NCBI GenBank assembly: GCA_965207885.1
Contig: OZ242311.1
Location: forward strand, 5,280,001 to 5,344,000
Origin: Candidatus Latescibacterota bacterium
GTDB lineage: Bacteria; Latescibacterota; UBA2968
Length of the DNA: 64,000 nucleotides
Direction of reading: 5' to 3'
Shown: positions 59,501 through 64,000 of the stretch, piece after piece
Numbering within the stretch: the first letter of the stretch is position 1
How the letters are laid out: every line of letters begins with the position of its first letter
Made by a program: the position numbers and the translations under genes
Notes under the pieces: generated by a model
What the model was told of the DNA's origin: nothing
What the model saw: the letters and a program-made list of their open reading frames with translations, nothing else
Database searches by the model: none

Positions 59501-61420
59501 ATCTTGCATGCGGTCGTAAATTGCACGCCGACACAACTCCTGTGAAAACCGATATCGATCTTCAGCCTCTCCACAAGCCTCCAAAAGCCCTTCTGCAATA
59601 AGATAGTCCAGCACATCTAACAGTTCTAACTCATCACCGCGCCAAACTGCGGCCAATAGTTCAAAAGAAAAATCACTCAGAAAAACACAGGCGTATTCCA
59701 GCACCCGACGTTGCACAGCAGGCAGAGTAGCTACGCGCCTGTACAAAACCTCTAAAATGCCATCAGACAACAGGGTTTCGGGAAATTCTCCCCACTGCCA
59801 ATCGCCGGACACATTCTGCCAAACCACATCGGCATTGACCAGTGTCCTCATTGCCTCTAAGACAAACAGGGGTTGTCCACCCGTTTCTCTGAATAGGGTT
59901 TGCAAGGCATCAGAAGGTATGGACCGCTCCCCCAACATCGATGCCGCTAAATATCCCACCTCTTCTTGTTGTAAATACTCCAACTGAATCTGAGTCGCCT
60001 CAGCAAGTTCATTGCTGTGTATAAAATTCTCAATTTCCTCTGAAAGCGGTTCCAGGTTAGACCATCGACAAGTCAGGCATAACAAAAACGGACACGGTTC
60101 TGGATCGCGCAACACATACTGCAAAAATTCCAGAATCAATTCATCAAGCCATTGAATATCTTCCAAACTCAATACAATGGGCTGTTTCTGTCGCAGACGC
60201 TTTAATAACTGCGACCAATGCTCCATAATAGAAAACTTGTCCGTCTCTAATGAATCGGGCACTCTCCCCACCAAATCCGTCGTCTTTACCTGCTGAAAAG
60301 CATCAATTAACGCACCGTATATTTGTCCGCCCTCTTCTCGTCCTGCACCTTTCAAACACAGAAAATCATGGATCAAAGCATCGCCCAAGAGTTCTTCAAT
60401 CAGTCTCGTTTTACCCACACCAGACTCACCCGAGATCAGAACTACGCGCTGTTTGCCAGCCTGTACATCCTGCAACATCGCACCCAGTATCTTCATTTCA
60501 GATTCCCGCCCGACAAATTGTGGGCGCACAACTTTTCTATGCACATCGCGCTGCTCGTCCTCCAGCAGCACAAGTTCCGATGGTGCTACATTATTTAAGG
60601 CTTGCACCAACTCCCCTGCCGATTGATAACGATCAACACGATCCTTTGCCAGCAACCTCAGCACAATTTGTTTCATCTGTTCGGGAACAGCGATATTGAC
60701 TTCGTCTATTGGTAGCGGCATCTTTCGAATATGCTTCAGAATAACTGATATGGGATTTTGTCCAGAAAAGGGCGATGCGCCCGTGAGCATCTCGTATAAA
60801 ATCACGCCCAATGAGTACAAATCTGACCGATGATCCACCCACAACCCTTTACCCTGCTCTGGCGACATATATTCTGCTGTACCAATCGTTGCACCCGTCT
60901 GAGTAATGGAAGCACCGTGCAAATGCCTGAATTTCGCCAGCCCCAGATCCAGAATCGTGGTCTCAATCCCCTCTTCTGTTTCCAAAACCATAATATTGGA
61001 TGGCTTGAGATCGCGATGCACCGCACCCTGAGCGTGGACATAAGCCAACCCCTCGGCAATTTGTTGTATCAAATCAAAAAAGTGAGACGCCCGAAATTGC
61101 TCTAACAGTACACGATCAGCAATTATCTTTTCCAATGTCTTTCCGGGCAAATATTCCATTGTAAAATAGGGGCGATCTTCGGCAAAGCCCCAAGTATATG
61201 TGCGCACCAGGCGCGGGTGCTGAAATCTGTTCAACACTTGAAATTCTCTGTGAAAACGGCGGTACACAGCCTTCTGATCCACCATGGTATTCAAGATTTT
61301 GAGCGCGCACTCCTGGCCTTGCTCCAGGTCTAACACCCGATAGACTTCGCCCATGCCCCCGGTTCCCAGGTGCGCCTGGATTTGGTATTTGTTGTCGAGA
61401 ATGGTGCCGATTGCAAACAT
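56546..61420 (-). CDS. Ser/Thr kinase-AAA ATPase-TPR-GAF-sigma54 activator-Fis HTH fusion
   Basis: GTGGMG, HRDLKPSN, DLGLAK, YMSPEQ; FVGRESE and GESGVGKT; GAF SVLCVPL; GETGTGKE, GAFTGA, FREDLYYRL and WPGNVRELE; C-terminal HTH. Confidence 0.93.
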   Translation of the reverse strand: MFAIGTILDNKYQIQAHLGTGGMGEVYRVLDLEQGQECALKILNTMVDQKAVYRRFHREFQVLNRFQHPRLVRTYTWGFAEDRPYFTMEYLPGKTLEKIIADRVLLEQFRASHFFDLIQQIAEGLAYVHAQGAVHRDLKPSNIMVLETEEGIETTILDLGLAKFRHLHGASITQTGATIGTAEYMSPEQGKGLWVDHRSDLYSLGVILYEMLTGASPFSGQNPISVILKHIRKMPLPIDEVNIAVPEQMKQIVLRLLAKDRVDRYQSAGELVQALNNVAPSELVLLEDEQRDVHRKVVRPQFVGRESEMKILGAMLQDVQAGKQRVVLISGESGVGKTRLIEELLGDALIHDFLCLKGAGREEGGQIYGALIDAFQQVKTTDLVGRVPDSLETDKFSIMEHWSQLLKRLRQKQPIVLSLEDIQWLDELILEFLQYVLRDPEPCPFLLCLTCRWSNLEPLSEEIENFIHSNELAEATQIQLEYLQQEEVGYLAASMLGERSIPSDALQTLFRETGGQPLFVLEAMRTLVNADVVWQNVSGDWQWGEFPETLLSDGILEVLYRRVATLPAVQRRVLEYACVFLSDFSFELLAAVWRGDELELLDVLDYLIAEGLLEACGEAEDRYRFSQELCRRAIYDRMQDVRRRLLHREIGNALEDSEDAEELIEELANHFAAAEERDKAVKYTLMAGKKALEKHAYRQALRRFEAVQQADGVFESQVNAIDFLCDYADTLRNCGQHNKALELLGEAKALLPDDRRDLKARILWNEGGIHSVLQHGEIAKEYMLEALRLYRELDDLDGEVQALGSLAYLCDVSGRHKEALEYMRLEIEKRRVLIDPQKDAFIQVREGQAALVDFRFETAKEYLEVAVKTSQQLGFEHHRIGALNSLQRVYFYLGDLTRTEAVCYEVIGEWRKQGLVYGEAVNFLYLGELALERGDFAEALEYAETSVEGFLQISRRDYIYRAYAIAATVAARMGDTETAFEWAEKASEGTQQTSGMFTGILPLVYCGIGAAFAHAGRIAEAEEAFEQAIECRRESKGDHWARALLIAGEFYLERDDVPKAQVHLEAAKQAFEEMEMSYFLEKTRILLNQLDKSSRKEDLPAIAQAGAASISGISVDTLSVDRLSLLYEVSHELTTERDVKVLLDRTLGNLLAVYPAERVLIAIKNETPKGFVVDAVRYYNVEADDAEELSRGIIRRVIETNEPVLSMDAQTDERLNRYQSVIDYHIRSVLCVPLFHVKEGVIGALYVDHRGIDNAFSEADQTFLQAFANLVGLALVNARMYEQLEEKAQYFQQQVERRYRLDDLVGQSDAMQVVYQLIERASQSDIPVLVQGETGTGKELAARAIHYNSRRKDQRFLSQNCATLSPELLQGELFGHKKGAFTGASEDHKGIFEAADGGTVLLDEIADAPPQLQRSLLRVLQEGEIRRVGETEDREVDVRIIAATNRDLKKEVENGSFREDLYYRLHGIQIDMPPLREHLEDVPLLAGHLLIRAKEEARKSVGGLTVGAIRALTSYNWPGNVRELEHEIRRAVALSEEEGDITPDLFSEAVIHAVSGIFVEYHLSARADAHTQAGGRLQDRMQEYERRLIMDALEKYEGNIKRTAEELGLVRASLYRKMNRLGLR

Positions 61421-61831
61421 GACCCGCTCTACTTTCTCCAGATCAACAAGACTTTGGAAGCCATTTTAAAACGTTTGCGAACTGATTGGTAATTTCAAAA
61501 GAATTGGCTGAGGGATGTGCATAATTCAAAAGCAGACTGCCTTGATGTGCGAAGTAGTTCGGAATGGACAATATATTATCTATAAATATTTATAATAGCT
61601 TGATATATTGCTTAATAAACAGTCTTTTAAAGAAAAAACGATACATTGTATTAATCACAATATATCGCCCTTATTAGAGGATCGCAAGCCTATTTTTATA
61701 TTTCGCAATGCGTCAAATTCAGGATTTTTTTAACCTTTTTTGCGACACGGGGCGCAGTTTATTCTGTTGCGATTCACTATAATAATAATTTTATATTACG
61801 GTAGTTAGCCAAAAGCGTCGTGGAGGAACAA

Positions 61832-62061
61832 ATGTCTAAAAACAAATCTCTCGAACAACGAGTCGCTACAATTTTAGAGACCTACGATCAGCAGGGCATT
61901 CACCGAACAGGAACAACAGGAGATACGAAAAACGCACACTATTTGGCCGAGCAAATAAAAGCCGCTGGCCCCTTGCAATCAATCTGCAAAAAATTGTACG
62001 CCTCACCCATGCGTTGACCAAACTGACAGTGCAACTGGCCGACTCAGATGATCTTATGTAG
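61832..62061 (+). pseudogene. Internally deleted gene remnant (possibly M28-like hydrolase)
   Basis: GGAGG RBS and N-terminus YDQQGIHRTGTTGD. A second frame gives a C-terminus-like RWPLAINLQKIVRLTHALTKLTVQLA. Confidence 0.5.
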
Positions 62062-63937
62062 CAACGCGTTTTTGCACCAACACCAGAACGAGAAAAATCG
62101 CCGCTCCAACAGCATGACATACCAGCAAAGGCCAAAGCAACAGCACCGCTGCCGCCAGGAACAAGACGCGATATAATACACTCAGCGACACCATGTGAAA
62201 ACCCTCAGAAGCCGCCGCAAAAGACAGCAGCCCCAGAAGCGTAGCTATCACAGTCTCAATAACGTGCCAGGTCTCCCCCTCAAAAAGGATGGGCGTATAG
62301 CAAAAAAGCAGAGGAATAAAATAAATACCCTTGGCAATGCGCCACGACTCAAAACCCGTACGCAGCGGATTTGCCCCCGCAATACCCGCAGCGGAATACG
62401 CAGCCAGACAAACCGGCGGCGTGACATTGGCATCCTGTGAATACCAGAAAATCAGCAAATGCGCCGCAATCAGACTCACCCCCAGATTGGTCAGCGCAGG
62501 CGCAGCCAGAACTGCCAGCACGATATAAGATGCCGTCACCGGCAAGCCCATACCCAGAATCAGAGACGCAATGGCAATAAGCACAACAGTAATGAGCACA
62601 CTGCTTCCGGCAATCGCCGAAATCAGCAAAGAAAACTTGATCCCAACACCAACCATCAGCACCACACCCACAATAATACCCGCACACAGCAGAATAATAC
62701 CCGTGGTAATCATATTGTGAGCACCCAGCGCAAGTGCATCGACAATATCGCGGATATTCATGCGCGTATTCTTATTCAACCAGCTCGCAACAACAATACT
62801 CGCGGTTCCCGTTGCCGCGGCAAACGTGGGTGTAAAACCGTAGATCAGTGTACCCACCAGCACCATAATAGGAATCGCAAAATGCCAGCCTTCGCGGATC
62901 GTAGCGCGGATATCCGGAAGTTCCGAAGCAGGCAGGGGCGCAATCCCTCTTTTTCGCGCGCGAAAATGAATAAAAAAAGTAACACTCAAAAAATAGATCA
63001 GCGCGGGGATAAAAGACACAGCGACAATAGTCAGATAGGGGATTTGCGTCCACTGACTCATAATAAATGCGCCCGCACCCATAATCGGCGGCATGAGTTG
63101 ACCACCCGTAGATGCCGCCGCTTCGACCGCACCTGAAAACGTAGGCGAAAAACCCGTGCGCTTCATCATCGGAATAGTAAGCGAACCCGACCCCACCGTA
63201 TTCGCCACAGCACTCCCCGAAATTGAGCCGAGCATACCACTGGCAAAAACCGCCATCTTTGCCGGTCCACCCACTGTGCGCCCCAGCAGCGCAAGTGCCA
63301 GACGAATCATAAAATCGCCCGCACCCGAACGCAGGAGAAACGCGCCAAAAAGCACAAAAAGCGCGACAAAAGTAGATGAAATAGTCGCAATCGTCCCAAA
63401 AATCCCATCGGGCGCGAAATACATGCGATATAACAAGCGCGGAAATGACACACCGGGAAACGCCCATATACCCGAAAGATACCGCCCCCAAAAAAGCGCG
63501 TACGTGAGAAACACAAGCGCGAGCAGCGGAATAAAAAAACCAGTCGTACGACGGGTAATCTCGAGCAAAAGGAGAATCGCAATACCCGCAAAAATGAGAT
63601 CAGCCGTATTTGGCACCTCGTTGCGGGCGTGTAGCGCATCCTCAAAAAACACGAGATAAAGGGCGACAACCAGAGAGAGAATGGCGAAAATATAATCGAG
63701 AATCAGCGTGCGCAAGGCATAGCGCGAAGAGACGGGATAAAGCAGATATCCCAAAAAAAGAATGAAGGCATAATGGGTGGCATTGCGCTGCAATTCGGGC
63801 AAAACGCCCAGCGTATTGCTCCACAGGTGAAACAGAGACAGGCAGACCCCCACAACAACCACGAGCACCTGATGCCTGCCAGTAAGCACGCGATGCGGTG
63901 TACTCACTTCGCCGCCCTGTTCAAATTCGGAATTCAA
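62054..63937 (-). CDS. TRAP transporter fused 4TM/12TM permease
   Basis: GGPAK, SGSAVAN, EAAASTGGQLMPPIMGAGAF, GMGLPVTASY and VTPPV motifs. Confidence 0.95.
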   Translation of the reverse strand: MNSEFEQGGEVSTPHRVLTGRHQVLVVVVGVCLSLFHLWSNTLGVLPELQRNATHYAFILFLGYLLYPVSSRYALRTLILDYIFAILSLVVALYLVFFEDALHARNEVPNTADLIFAGIAILLLLEITRRTTGFFIPLLALVFLTYALFWGRYLSGIWAFPGVSFPRLLYRMYFAPDGIFGTIATISSTFVALFVLFGAFLLRSGAGDFMIRLALALLGRTVGGPAKMAVFASGMLGSISGSAVANTVGSGSLTIPMMKRTGFSPTFSGAVEAAASTGGQLMPPIMGAGAFIMSQWTQIPYLTIVAVSFIPALIYFLSVTFFIHFRARKRGIAPLPASELPDIRATIREGWHFAIPIMVLVGTLIYGFTPTFAAATGTASIVVASWLNKNTRMNIRDIVDALALGAHNMITTGIILLCAGIIVGVVLMVGVGIKFSLLISAIAGSSVLITVVLIAIASLILGMGLPVTASYIVLAVLAAPALTNLGVSLIAAHLLIFWYSQDANVTPPVCLAAYSAAGIAGANPLRTGFESWRIAKGIYFIPLLFCYTPILFEGETWHVIETVIATLLGLLSFAAASEGFHMVSLSVLYRVLFLAAAVLLLWPLLVCHAVGAAIFLVLVLVQKRVAT

Positions 63938-63939
63938 AC

Positions 63940-63999
63940 CTATTCCCCTATCAGAGACGGCGGAATATCGATACCCTTCTCGCTATAATAGCGCGCGGC
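63940..63999 (-). CDS. TAXI family TRAP solute-binding protein, C-terminal fragment (partial)
   Basis: Translates to AARYYSEKGIDIPPSLIGE*, the typical TAXI ending, directly upstream of the permease. Confidence 0.7.
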   Translation of the reverse strand, partial: AARYYSEKGIDIPPSLIGE

Positions 64000-64000
64000 A

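Overview
Bacterial chromosomal window with mostly minus-strand genes. The gene content (TonB/PorV/CTD cassette, sulfatases, dockerin-like tails, TPR proteins) suggests an FCB-group organism such as Latescibacterota or Gemmatimonadota; this is an inference. From left to right it holds: an ion channel fragment and MscS; a sigma54-driven pspA unit; an OMP-TonB receptor-CTD protein-PorV cassette; a TPR-YcaO-SUMF1-octaheme-octaheme operon; a UGA-recoded (selenocysteine) secreted redoxin; a redoxin/heme/copper-monooxygenase fusion; aquaporin-arsC; catabolic enzymes, including a second selenoprotein (a rhodanese) and rfbA; an ~18 kb putative RiPP island (43.1-61.4 kb); and a TRAP transporter. The island encodes a Ser/Thr kinase-AAA-TPR-GAF-sigma54 activator, a sigma54 promoter with palindromic upstream sites, a 62-aa acidic precursor, a radical SAM/SPASM enzyme, a frameshifted methyltransferase, an IS5 insertion, a 198-aa double-glycine-leader protein with Cys-X3-Asp/Glu motifs, an M16 peptidase pair, a C39 ABC exporter, HlyD and a PPIase. 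No rRNA, tRNA or CRISPR array was seen. All product calls come from motif recognition by eye; no database searches were run.
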